DNA from: a virus
Lineage: Duplodnaviria > Caudoviricetes
Strand: one strand, 5' to 3'
IMG/VR virus record: IMGVR_UViG_3300048893_000042
Coordinates: 13,382 to 77,381 of that record
Length of the DNA stretch: 64,000 bases
Below are positions 19,009-28,329 of this stretch, in pieces. Numbering within the stretch: position 1 is the stretch's first letter; each line of letters starts with the position of its first letter. The translations under genes and the position numbers were made by a program. The notes beneath the pieces are model-generated. The model did no database searches and was not told where the DNA came from. It saw only the letters and a list, made by a program, of their open reading frames with translations.

Positions 19009-19170
19009 CTACTCGTTGATGCGGAGCAGGCCGTCCTCGGTGGTGCGCAGCGCACCCGCCTCGGTGGTGCGCACCACCACGTCACCCAGCCCCGGCCTCT
19101 GGCGCCGGGGTGAGTTGAACGGAGGCTTCGGGATGTGCGCCGTGTCCCGGGTGTGCGGCACAGTCGTCAT
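19009..19170 (-). CDS. 53-aa small virion-type protein (not in ORF track)
   Basis: GGAGGAAACC-ATG; ends RTTEAGALRTTEDGLLRINE*. Confidence 0.7.
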   Translation of the reverse strand: MTTVPHTRDTAHIPKPPFNSPRRQRPGLGDVVVRTTEAGALRTTEDGLLRINE

Positions 19171-19206
19171 GGTTTCCTCCAGCAGCCAGAGTTCAGGAGA
19201 AGCCGC

Positions 19207-20232
19207 CTATGAGGCGAGGCGGCTGACCTTCACCAGGGCATTCGGTCGGGTGCAGATGTCCAGCGCATTCATCTGGGCATCCAGGTTGACCCCCTTGCCG
19301 TTGTCCATGGGGTACTGCTTGGAGTAGAGGCGCTGGCCGATGGTGTTGACCGTTTCGATGTAGTCCGCCGGCGCATAGTAGGTGCGGAAGAACCCAGGGA
19401 CACCGACCGGGAAGACGTGGGCAAGGTCCGGGTCGATGAATGGGGTGATGTCCACCGCCCCACGGTAGTTCTCCCACACGATGCCGCCGAAGGGGAACGC
19501 ACCCCAGCTCAGGCCGCTGCCGCTGACGAACCCGGTGCGCAGCTCCTGGGCCGCCAGCCAGCCCAGGTAGGTCTCACGCACCTCCGGGTGGCTGACCAGG
19601 TCATCGAAGAAGTCATCGCCGCAGAAGGCGTACAGCGACTGGAGCGGGATGCCCCCGAGCTGAGACGCCACGGTGCGCGCGATGCCGGCGCACGCCCGGC
19701 GCAGCACGCCCGGCGTGGGGTCCACGTTCGCCAGGTCCAGGAAGACCTCGCTCGGTGCCGACACCTTGAACTCATCGATCAGGTCCAGCGTGGAGCCGTC
19801 CGCGTAGGTCACGAGGCCCTTGATGGCGCCAATTCGGGAGAACTCCTGCGTCATGCCCATGGACTGGGAATGGATCGCCAGGCGGTCCGCCACCAGGGTC
19901 TGGACGGTCTGCACCGCCGTCTCCTGACCCCAGGCACGCACCCCCTGGACCTCCTCCGCCATGATGGCGTCGTTGATCTCGAAGTGGGGAACGCGGATGC
20001 TGCGGGCTGCCCTCAGGGGCTTCAGGATCGTCTGGCCCGGCCCACCGCGCGGTGACGGACTGACCAGGGTCAGGACGCCGTTGCGCTCTTCGATGACCAC
20101 CGAGGTTGTGGCAACCCCGGTCGCGGTGAACAGGTTCAGCTCACCGATCCTGCCGGGCACGAACTTGATCTTGTTGATCGTGTCGGTGAGGGTCGTGACG
20201 CTGAATGCGTCATTGTTGAAGATGTCGAGCAT
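19207..20232 (-). CDS. Major capsid protein, lambda gpE family
   Basis: MLDIFNNDAFSVTTLTDTIN..KFVPGRIGELNLF; FRTYYAPADYIETVNTIG; QMNALDICTRPNALV. Confidence 0.93.
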   Translation of the reverse strand: MLDIFNNDAFSVTTLTDTINKIKFVPGRIGELNLFTATGVATTSVVIEERNGVLTLVSPSPRGGPGQTILKPLRAARSIRVPHFEINDAIMAEEVQGVRAWGQETAVQTVQTLVADRLAIHSQSMGMTQEFSRIGAIKGLVTYADGSTLDLIDEFKVSAPSEVFLDLANVDPTPGVLRRACAGIARTVASQLGGIPLQSLYAFCGDDFFDDLVSHPEVRETYLGWLAAQELRTGFVSGSGLSWGAFPFGGIVWENYRGAVDITPFIDPDLAHVFPVGVPGFFRTYYAPADYIETVNTIGQRLYSKQYPMDNGKGVNLDAQMNALDICTRPNALVKVSRLAS

Positions 20233-20273
20233 GGTCTGGTGTCCCCTTCAGGGTTGACGGGTTGGCGGTCGTC

Positions 20274-20852
20274 CTAGCGGACGATGATATTGAGGTCGGC
20301 CAGGCCGGACGCCACCTCCGCGTCGGTGCCGCTGGGGAAGATCAGGGCGTTCTTGTTGACCGTCGCCAGGCGAGCGATGTACATGGCCGGCACATCGGCA
20401 TCCTGTCCGCCCTGCCCGCTGCTGCTGTCACAGCGGTAGCCCAGGATGCCCAGGACCGTCTGACCCGTCACCCAGGCCTCGATCTGCCCGATGTCCTGGG
20501 TGATGGTGATCGCAGTGCCGGTCTCATCCGCCGTGGACGCCCGGTCCATGATCACCTCGTCCGCACCGCTCTCCCCCATGACAAAGGTCGCGCCCGCCGG
20601 GATGCCGGTGCCCGCCACCTCATAGGTGCGGCCCGGCAGCAGCCCTGTCGAGGACGCCAGGTTGGACAGCGTGCGGTCGCCGGCCTGCAGGTCGCCGGTG
20701 GTGACCAGGGAGAACGCCGGGGTGAGCTGGATGACCGTGCCGGCCTCCAGCACCTGACCCGCCGCAACCACGCCATTCTCGCGGCTGATGTTGCCGTCCC
20801 CCTCCGACAGGAGGAACTGGAGCGGCGAACGGAACTCGGTGAAAGACGTCAT
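20274..20852 (-). CDS. Head decoration protein (gpD-like) with inserted domain
   Basis: FLLSEGDGNISRE..V.AAGQVLEAGTV; C-terminal IARLATVNKNALIFP; between protease and capsid. Confidence 0.8.
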   Translation of the reverse strand: MTSFTEFRSPLQFLLSEGDGNISRENGVVAAGQVLEAGTVIQLTPAFSLVTTGDLQAGDRTLSNLASSTGLLPGRTYEVAGTGIPAGATFVMGESGADEVIMDRASTADETGTAITITQDIGQIEAWVTGQTVLGILGYRCDSSSGQGGQDADVPAMYIARLATVNKNALIFPSGTDAEVASGLADLNIIVR

Positions 20853-22540
20853 GGTGCCTTACCTCCTGTGACCCTCTGATTCACGCGATCAATGACTGGA
20901 CCCCAGGAGGCCTCAGTCTCGGTCAGCCCAGTGTGCCTGGCACTGACATCATCGGCACCTCGGTCCGTCCGGGTGCCCCGGGGCATGCCCCTCAGCTCCG
21001 ACTTGACCTGTGACGGTGTCTTGTCCGAGTTGATGAAGCCTGCGGCCTTCCCTGGGTGGCCTGCCAGCTCACAGGCCGCCACGATCTCAGCACAGCGGTC
21101 GCGCTCGGCCTTGGCGTGGTCCACCGGCGGGGCTTCCTCCTCCACCGGCTTCCTCTTCGCCTTGTTCTGGGTGTCAGTGACGATCTGGGTAAGCAGCAGC
21201 TGGGCCTGGTCCGCCGCCTCATCCGGCTCCGTTCCATCCAGTGCCGCCGCCGCATCATCGAGCAGGGCACGTGCAGACTGGAACAGGGCCTGGGCCTCTG
21301 CAGCATCATCCGGGTCATACGGGGGAAGCACCGCCGCACGTGCCTCAAGCTCCTGGGCAGCCGCGAGGATCGCAGCACCCGGCTTCTCCGCCTCCGCCTT
21401 GGACTTCTTGGCCCTGGCGTTCGCCGGGTGGTCTTCCTTGGCCTGGTAGTGGTCGATCACCCCCCGGGCCTCGGTGCGGACGTTGTCCGGTATGTCGGTC
21501 TGGGGCAGGCGCGAGGCGGCTGCCCGCAGCCCACCGGCGCTCGCCTTCAGCTCACCACCGATGATGTCGGCGAAGGGGAGCTTGTAGCTCCCCTTCAGCC
21601 TTGGCGCCGCCGCGTCGTGGACCAGGAAGCCGCGCTGCGCTGCCGCCGTGTCCGGGTTGTCACCGTTGAACCCCGCCTTGTCGAGCATGCGCTCCGCCGC
21701 CGCCGGTCCATCCCACGTGTAGCTCGGGTCGATTGCCAGGTCCCTGGCCGCACCGACCTTCCAATCCGGCGACACCATCTTGGGTGGGTCCTTGTACATC
21801 GACAGGTCGAACAGGTTGGTGAAGCTGCGGCGCGATGTCACCTTGTCGGCGAACCCCATGTCCACGGCTTCCTTGGCCGTCATCCACGTGGTGGCGTCCA
21901 TCAGCGCGATGATCTCATCCGGGGTCTTGCCGGTCTTGCTGACGTAGCTCGTGACCACGGAGTCCCTGATCTTGTCGAGGGCATCCGCCAGCTCGCGCAT
22001 GACGCTCGCGTCCCCCATCGCCATGCCGGCGGGGTTGTGGATCATCATCATGGCGTTCTCGGGCATCTCCACCGTGTCGCCGCACATGGCGATCAGGCTG
22101 GCGATGGACGCCGCGAGGCCATCAACCGTGACGTTCACCGTCGCCGGGTGGCGCGCCAGCATGTTGTAGATGGCGATGCCGTCGAAGACCTCTCCACCCG
22201 GCGAGTTGATCCGCAGGTTGATGGTCTTGGGGTCACCCAGGGCCGCCAGGCCATCACGGAAGTCCTGCGACGTGATCCCCCAGAAGCCGATCTGGTCATA
22301 GATCGCGATGTCCGACACCGCCGGGTCCGCTGCCGACGCCGCCATGGTGAACCACGTCTTGCCCTGGGCCTTCTTCTTCAGCATGTCGGCGCAGTTCGGG
22401 TTCTCAGGGTCCGGGTTGTCCGGGTCACAGGCAGGGTAGTTGGGGTCATCCGCCATCATGCGGATGTCCCACCGCTGGAAGAAGGGGTCGAGCGCTTCAA
22501 GCGTGATGGTTGGGCGGGTCCTCATGTCTCTGCTCCTCAT
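20849..22540 (-). CDS. Prohead protease (ClpP/S14 type) fused to an extra domain and scaffold
   Basis: INSPGGEVFDGIAIYN, GLAASIASLI (Ser), MMIHNP (His), TWMTAKEAVDMGFAD; C-terminal ERDRCAEIVAAC scaffold-like region. Confidence 0.9.
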   Translation of the reverse strand: MRSRDMRTRPTITLEALDPFFQRWDIRMMADDPNYPACDPDNPDPENPNCADMLKKKAQGKTWFTMAASAADPAVSDIAIYDQIGFWGITSQDFRDGLAALGDPKTINLRINSPGGEVFDGIAIYNMLARHPATVNVTVDGLAASIASLIAMCGDTVEMPENAMMMIHNPAGMAMGDASVMRELADALDKIRDSVVTSYVSKTGKTPDEIIALMDATTWMTAKEAVDMGFADKVTSRRSFTNLFDLSMYKDPPKMVSPDWKVGAARDLAIDPSYTWDGPAAAERMLDKAGFNGDNPDTAAAQRGFLVHDAAAPRLKGSYKLPFADIIGGELKASAGGLRAAASRLPQTDIPDNVRTEARGVIDHYQAKEDHPANARAKKSKAEAEKPGAAILAAAQELEARAAVLPPYDPDDAAEAQALFQSARALLDDAAAALDGTEPDEAADQAQLLLTQIVTDTQNKAKRKPVEEEAPPVDHAKAERDRCAEIVAACELAGHPGKAAGFINSDKTPSQVKSELRGMPRGTRTDRGADDVSARHTGLTETEASWGPVIDRVNQRVTGGKAP

Positions 22541-24081
22541 GGTGTGAGCGCCGGCTTGGGTGCCCCGGCCTGGGCAGGGGTCAGAACGGCCTGCCCTGGC
22601 TCCGGCGGACCACGGGTGATCCCCAGCTGCTTCTCGCGGGTCTCATCCTCCAGGATGCGCTGGTCCACCTCCTCCGGATCGTAGCCACCCTCCTCGATGG
22701 TCTGGCTGCGTGGCTTGAAGTGGTTGTCCACGGCCAGCACCTCGGCACCGATGTCCTTCAGCGGGTCTATCCACTCCCAGGCTGGTGGGACCCACTTCAC
22801 CTTCTGCAGTTCACGCTGCCGCTTGAGGTACTCGGCGGCTGACAGGCTGAGCTGCTCGGCCAGCACTGCCTCATCCAGCCAGCGGTTCCAGACCGGGCGG
22901 CACAGCTGGTAGACCATGACCCCGTGCTGCATAGCGGTGATCTTGCGGCGGAAGGTGATCAGTCCCGCCCGTATGGACCCATAGTTGGCCCGGTGGAGGT
23001 CACCAGTCACCTCGGCATAGGGCACTCCGAACCCCACCGCCACCCTCAGCAGGTTGCGGTACTGGAAGGGCTCATAGGTCATACCCACGTCAGCCGGCTC
23101 AGAGAACTTCACATCCTCACCCGGCTGGAGGTCAATGGTCGCGCCCGGCTCCATAGTGGGCGAGGAGTTCGTGATGCGTGGGTTGCCCCAGGCGTCCCAG
23201 TCCATGGTGGACGGGCTCACGGTCTCACTGCCGAGCGGGTGGTCATCCTCGTCCGTGGGGTTGCGCGTGACGAAGGCTGCGAACAGGGCTGCGATGCGCT
23301 TGCGCTCCAGCTCGGCGTCATCGTACAGGTCCAGCAGGGCCAGGGTGGTGATTGCCGACAGGGTGTGCGGTATGCCCCTGATCTGACCTGCCCTCACCGG
23401 CCTGTAGAGGTGGAGCACCTCATCCGCTGGCACCGGCACCGTGGTGTTCACCATGTCCCCATAGTAGAAGCCACTGCCCGGGTGGACCTTGTAGAAGTGG
23501 TAGGCGGTCCTGCGCCCGATGGGGTCGAACTCAATGCCACACTCCACCCGTCGCCCGTTCCCCAGGTCCTCGTTCTTCTGGATGGGGCACATCTCCGAGG
23601 GCAGCACCTGGAGCTGGAAGGGCACGGCCAGACCGTCCTCAGGCCGGCGTGTGCGGAAGCGCACAAAGCACTCGCCCGCATCGAACATCTCACCCGCGAT
23701 CATGGTCTGCTGGCCATAGAAGTCGGTCAACCAGTCCGCATCCGCCTGGTCGGTCCAGTCGTCAAAGGCCTCCCTGAGCTCCTTCTTGACTGCAGCATCC
23801 GTGGTCTTGGGCGAAGGCCTGATGCCCGTACCCACCAGCGAGGACACGAAGGCATCCTTCGCTGCGGCCGCATAGGAGTTGTTGGCCGCGAGGTAGCGCG
23901 AGCGGGCCAGCACCGTGGCCCCGTACTGCCTGATCTGCTGGTTGATCGCCTGTGTGGAGGATGGAATGGCCCGCAGCCGTCGCCCGAGCAGGTTGCCCGC
24001 GTCGAACATGGCACGGGCCTTCGGTGCCACGCTCGGCTGCACCCTCTGCATGGGACGCCCCATGACATCAACCAAGGACAT
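22537..24081 (-). CDS. Portal protein, lambda family
   Basis: RSRYLAANNSYA, GECFVRFR, RAGQIRGIP, LTGD-like VTGDLHRANYGSIRAG, WEWIDPLKD. Confidence 0.95.
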   Translation of the reverse strand: MSLVDVMGRPMQRVQPSVAPKARAMFDAGNLLGRRLRAIPSSTQAINQQIRQYGATVLARSRYLAANNSYAAAAKDAFVSSLVGTGIRPSPKTTDAAVKKELREAFDDWTDQADADWLTDFYGQQTMIAGEMFDAGECFVRFRTRRPEDGLAVPFQLQVLPSEMCPIQKNEDLGNGRRVECGIEFDPIGRRTAYHFYKVHPGSGFYYGDMVNTTVPVPADEVLHLYRPVRAGQIRGIPHTLSAITTLALLDLYDDAELERKRIAALFAAFVTRNPTDEDDHPLGSETVSPSTMDWDAWGNPRITNSSPTMEPGATIDLQPGEDVKFSEPADVGMTYEPFQYRNLLRVAVGFGVPYAEVTGDLHRANYGSIRAGLITFRRKITAMQHGVMVYQLCRPVWNRWLDEAVLAEQLSLSAAEYLKRQRELQKVKWVPPAWEWIDPLKDIGAEVLAVDNHFKPRSQTIEEGGYDPEEVDQRILEDETREKQLGITRGPPEPGQAVLTPAQAGAPKPALTP

Positions 24082-24287
24082 CAGAGGCCCTTCCTCGGCT
24101 GCATGATGTAGCGCAACCTCTTGTGCCCTGTGGTCACCCCGGTGCGGCGCTCCAGGTCTGCGATGATCTGTTCCATCTCGGCGAGCGAGCGGAAGGTGGT
24201 GCTCGTGTCCCCATGGCGCACCATGAGCACCCCGGCATCACGCGCTGCCCTCAGGTCTGCGAGCCTCTGTGCTTCCGATGCGGCCAT
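24081..24287 (-). CDS. Head-tail joining protein, gpW-like (68 aa)
   Basis: QRLADLRAARDAGVLMVRHGD..TTFRSLAEM; between terL and portal; TGATG coupling to portal. Confidence 0.85.
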   Translation of the reverse strand: MAASEAQRLADLRAARDAGVLMVRHGDTSTTFRSLAEMEQIIADLERRTGVTTGHKRLRYIMQPRKGL

Positions 24288-24288
24288 C

Positions 24289-26310
24289 TCAGTGAGCCCT
24301 CGTGATCCAGCTGCTGGTGCGGATCGACTGCTGCTGGCGCTGGACCACTGCAGCGGGGGGAACGCGTGCCGGCGCTGGGGGTGGTGGTACCTCATGGATC
24401 GCATGGTGGAGGCGGTCCAGGCGGAGGCGGCGCACGTGGTACAGGCCCCACAGTGCCGTGTAGGCGTACACCCGGGTGTCCAGGGCCTCGTTCGACTTGT
24501 GGTTGGAGATGGTCCAGCGGCGCACCATGGCACCGCCCCGGCGCTCCACCACCAGGCGCTCGGACGTCAGCTGGTCAAAATAGGCACTTGGCCGCCCGGT
24601 CGGGAAGTGGCAGAACCCTGGCCCGGGTTCCTTGATCAGCAGGCGCTGGCGCACCGCCTCCTTGGCGGCGCTCACCCCGATGATGATTGGTCGGTAGCCC
24701 GCCCTGTACCTCTTGTTCTTCTGGAGGGCAGGCCATATGGGAGACCACTGCTCGCGGTCACTGGACCCCTTGATTGCCCACACATTCCGGCCCGTGCGCT
24801 GGCGTGCGAAGTTGTACGCCTCCTGGGTGTTGTGCCCGCCGCTGTCCACGCACACCGCTCGGATGGACATCGGTCGTCCGTCCTGGCGGGTCATGGGCGT
24901 CAGCAGGTACTCATCCAGCTCATCCCACACCTTCGACTGGGCTGGGTCCCCCGTGAACACCTGGTAATCCAGTGACCAGCTCTCCTCCCCCAGGCCCCAT
25001 CCAACGGCCTCCAGCTCGATCCGGCCCTCCTGGCCGCCGGTCGTGCTCGGGTGGATGTCCACACCCACAGTGATGACCAGCACCTCATCGGGCACCTGCT
25101 CCCATGTCTCACGGCGCGCCATGAGGGTCGTGGGGTCTGCCTCCTTGGTGGCCTCCACCCGGTAGGGCAGTGCGAGCTGGGTGTTGTAGAAGGTCTGGGT
25201 CGATTCGATGTCCTTCTTGGCCTCCAGCCACGCCGCCGCCAGCTCACCCATGGTCAGGAGGGGACTGTACAGCTTGGACGCGGTGAAGCCTGCGTGCTGG
25301 TTGCTCACCGTCCTGGACCCACAGTGGACACAGGTGGCCCAGCCAACCTGGTTCTCAGTGTCCCACTCCCATGAGCGGGTCTGCCTGGGGTCCTGGCCCT
25401 CGCCGCAGCACACGAAGGTGCGGGTCTGGTGCCAGCGGATCGTGTGCAGGGCCTGGATGCGCTGCTGCTCGCTCCAGCCGGCCCCACAGTGCTCACAGAA
25501 GACCTGGGCCTGCTGGGAGTAGTGGATGCCACCCTTCTTGGGCCACTGAACATGGCGGAAGAACTCCAGGGTCTGTGACTCACCGCAGTGGGGGCACGTG
25601 ACATAGGCCCGGCGCTGGTCACTTTCCTGATATGAGCGGTAGATGCGGCTTGTCTCTTCCCACGTGGGTGAGCAGGACCGTATGGACAGGCGGTTGCGGA
25701 AGGTGGATGACCGCTCCTCAGCCAGCTTGATCGGGTCGCCTTCCTTCGTCACCTCATACTTGTCCACCTCGTCCAGCAGCGTGATCCTGATCGCCCGCAT
25801 GGCCAGGTTGGTCGGCGAGCCGGCGCTGGCTATGGCGAGGAAGCCGCCTGGGAAGGCCTTGAACCTGAGGGTGTCGTCGGTCCTGCGCGTCCTGCGGTCT
25901 CCCATCACCTCCCGCAGCACAGGAGTGGCGGTGATCATCGGGGCCAGCCTCTCCTTGGAGAAGGCGTCCACCGCCTCGTCCTTGGGCAGGACCATCAGCA
26001 TGGGGCAGGGGTCCAGGTGGGCCTGCCGCCCAATCACGTTGAGCAGCAGCTCTGTCTTCAGCAGCTGGGTGGCCACCATGACCGTGATGATCTGGACACC
26101 CGGCTCGGTCGTGGACATCATCGGCCCACGGGCCACCTCATGCCGGCTGGTGCGCCACGCACCCCCGACAGCACCCGAGGACATCGACAGCCGGCGGTTG
26201 GTGTCAGCCCACTCAGGCAGCCGCATCTTGACCGGGGGTCGCAGGCTCCGCTGCACCGCCAGCGCGACCATGGCCCGCATCTCGGCCTGGGCCTCACGCG
26301 GCGTCCGCAT
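24289..26310 (-). CDS. terL: Terminase large subunit, lambda gpA family
   Basis: ATQLLKTE Walker A variant, LLDEVDKY Walker B, SPT, CPHCGE, ITVGVD, VCVDSGGH, NEALDTRVYA. Confidence 0.95.
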   Translation of the reverse strand: MRTPREAQAEMRAMVALAVQRSLRPPVKMRLPEWADTNRRLSMSSGAVGGAWRTSRHEVARGPMMSTTEPGVQIITVMVATQLLKTELLLNVIGRQAHLDPCPMLMVLPKDEAVDAFSKERLAPMITATPVLREVMGDRRTRRTDDTLRFKAFPGGFLAIASAGSPTNLAMRAIRITLLDEVDKYEVTKEGDPIKLAEERSSTFRNRLSIRSCSPTWEETSRIYRSYQESDQRRAYVTCPHCGESQTLEFFRHVQWPKKGGIHYSQQAQVFCEHCGAGWSEQQRIQALHTIRWHQTRTFVCCGEGQDPRQTRSWEWDTENQVGWATCVHCGSRTVSNQHAGFTASKLYSPLLTMGELAAAWLEAKKDIESTQTFYNTQLALPYRVEATKEADPTTLMARRETWEQVPDEVLVITVGVDIHPSTTGGQEGRIELEAVGWGLGEESWSLDYQVFTGDPAQSKVWDELDEYLLTPMTRQDGRPMSIRAVCVDSGGHNTQEAYNFARQRTGRNVWAIKGSSDREQWSPIWPALQKNKRYRAGYRPIIIGVSAAKEAVRQRLLIKEPGPGFCHFPTGRPSAYFDQLTSERLVVERRGGAMVRRWTISNHKSNEALDTRVYAYTALWGLYHVRRLRLDRLHHAIHEVPPPPAPARVPPAAVVQRQQQSIRTSSWITRAH

Positions 26311-26806
26311 AGTCCACCTGGTCGAGGGTGAGTTCGGTCAGGGCCTCACGGACCTCATCGGCGATCAGGCGCTCAACGGCACCCTCGTCCTGCAGGGCTG
26401 CGACCTCTGCGGCGATCCTGCCCGGCATGGCCAGCAGGCGCTGGCGAACATGGGCGAGCTGGTCTTCGAGGAGCACCTTGACCTCATCGACATAGACCGT
26501 CTGCCCCAGCTTCTGGGCCAGCTCGAACTCCTTGAGCTGCGCCGTGGCCAGGGATGAGCGCCGCCGGCCCTCTTCGGCCTCAGTCTTGGCAGGGTCTGCA
26601 GTGGCCCGGCCACGGCCCAGGGCCTCGCGCTCACGGACCCAGGCGAAGACCTGAGAGGTGTCGAGCTGGTACGAGATGCCCGGGCCACCCTTCCTCACGA
26701 CAGGGCAGCCGGCGCGGATGTAGTTCATCACAACGGTGTCGCTGACACCCAGGAGCTGGGCCAGCTCATCCTTCGTGACGATCTGACCTCCGTCAATCCT
26801 GGCCAT
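26294..26806 (-). CDS. terS: Terminase small subunit, Nu1-like
   Basis: N-terminal wHTH (VTKDELAQLLGVSDTVVMNYIRAGCP), coiled coil; directly upstream of terL. Confidence 0.88.
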   Translation of the reverse strand: MARIDGGQIVTKDELAQLLGVSDTVVMNYIRAGCPVVRKGGPGISYQLDTSQVFAWVREREALGRGRATADPAKTEAEEGRRRSSLATAQLKEFELAQKLGQTVYVDEVKVLLEDQLAHVRQRLLAMPGRIAAEVAALQDEGAVERLIADEVREALTELTLDQVDYADAA

Positions 26807-26899
26807 CAGGGAGCCTTTTGACCACTTTTGAAATTTGGTTGCTGGTGTGGAGATGTGCTTCGCCTGACCCACATAGCGCCGCACCTGCAACAGGGACCC

Positions 26900-27730
26900 G
26901 CAGGTGGTGGGTGTCTCCCTGGGGGTGCGCAGGTCCGGGTCTACTCCAGCCCAACAGAATCACTCCTCAAGACTCAGCACAGGGGTGACAAGCACGCTAC
27001 CCTATAGCAAACAACTACCCAAAGTAAAGCCCCCATTTTAGTTGATGATAAATATATCTCTCCCAACAACACCAGGTGTCTCTTGAGTATTGACCCGAGA
27101 CATTACTTCACCTCATCAACATACAGTCCTCAACTCATGTATCCGATCCCTCATCTTACCCTGTCAATCAAGCACTCGGCATACACCAGTCACCTGCTCA
27201 ATACCCTTGTGACCTAGTTCTCCAACAACAACGGGGGAGGTCAGTCGCCTCTCCCTCAAACAACAACCGTGAGCATCACCAGCACGACACTCGTCATATA
27301 CTCAACCTATCCAAGATGAGTATTGTTCTTGGGTGGAGGAAGACCTGACGAATACTCAACACTCAACACCGCACATCCAGGTGAGGTTATTGGTTATTGA
27401 AACGCTGCGCGCGATCGGGAAGCGCGCGCGCCGCGACCCGTAAGGAACCAATAACTAATAGCGCGGGCAATTTCCCCCGTCTCTTCAGTGGCTTAGTGGG
27501 TATTAGAAAGTTATTGCCCGCAGGCCCCACAATAACCACTTTACCTTTCCGCACATGGACTTACGCACCTGAAGTTTATAGCACCCCACTCGTGCTCTAC
27601 CTCCGATAACCCAGTTATCACGCCTTCCACGCTACATACAGGCCACAGTCCGCTACCTACACGATATTTTCGCAACCGGCAGTAGAACGTCCGCAGGACT
27701 CATCTCTACCTCCGCGCGACGCAGCGAGGC
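26900..27730. other. Non-coding divergent control region upstream of terS; candidate cos/origin
   Basis: No credible ORF, lower GC, A/C-rich plus strand, several repeated motifs; gene direction flips across it. Confidence 0.6.
27386..27455. repeat. 10-bp inverted repeat GTTATTGGTT/AACCAATAAC flanking a GC-only dyad
   Basis: 27386-27395 and 27446-27455; core GCGCGCG(27407-27413)-9 nt-CGCGCGC(27423-27429). Confidence 0.85.
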
Positions 27731-27882
27731 CCTTGCCTTCCCGAGCAGTCGGCGCTAGGCTGCGTAGTGCGAGAACTACCCGTAGCGATGCTCATGGAGG
27801 GGACGCCATGATTTCAAGCACTTACGACAGGCTCAGTGCACCAGCGAGGCTCTACCTCACCTCAAGCCTGGGTATTAGAAAG
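27497..27882 (+). repeat. 14-bp direct repeat TGGGTATTAGAAAG x2
   Basis: Exact copies at 27497-27510 and 27869-27882. Confidence 0.85.
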
Positions 27883-28329
27883 ACGGCACGCAATATCGAA
27901 TTCAATAACCTCAAGCCGGTGTCGGCGATGGTGGAGGAGGCGCACCTCGACCAGGTGGACATCGCCCTCATGCTCCTTCGCGCGAACTACCTCAGCGATG
28001 TCGAGCTGCTGGTGGGGCACGCGGTCACGGTGTGCCCGCCCGGCGAGGCCAGGGGCCTCAGGGCTGAGACCCTCCAGGACCGTGCCGACTGGCTCGATGA
28101 CTGGCTGCGCCGGCACCCTGACCCCTGGGAGATCGACAACTGGAGGGTCGTCCACCGTGCTCCCGACCCGCCGCCCAACGCCAACTCTGAGCAGGCCGCA
28201 GCCCACCGCCTGGTGCGCATCGGCTACACCGTGCGGCAGCTGATCGTGCGTGGCTTCACCTATGAGGACATCGAGGTGTCGCAGCGCCACAGCTGGATGC
28301 GCCTCGCCCCGCAGCAGGTGCCGGCATGA
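27808..28329 (+). CDS. Hypothetical protein
   Basis: GGAGGGG RBS then ATG 27808; coupled to next gene. Confidence 0.7.
   Translation: MISSTYDRLSAPARLYLTSSLGIRKTARNIEFNNLKPVSAMVEEAHLDQVDIALMLLRANYLSDVELLVGHAVTVCPPGEARGLRAETLQDRADWLDDWLRRHPDPWEIDNWRVVHRAPDPPPNANSEQAAAHRLVRIGYTVRQLIVRGFTYEDIEVSQRHSWMRLAPQQVPA

Noticed and set aside
17744-24111. Long plus-strand ORFs (17744-19327, 21056-22684, 22924-24111)
   Set aside because: Antisense shadows of high-GC3 structural genes; no recognisable motifs or RBS
26807-26890. Upstream extension of terS in the ORF track (similar for 385-858, 11703-12242, 24081-24533, 27733-28329, 54641-55435, 57106-57753)
   Set aside because: Downstream starts have better RBS or stop-start coupling and match domain boundaries
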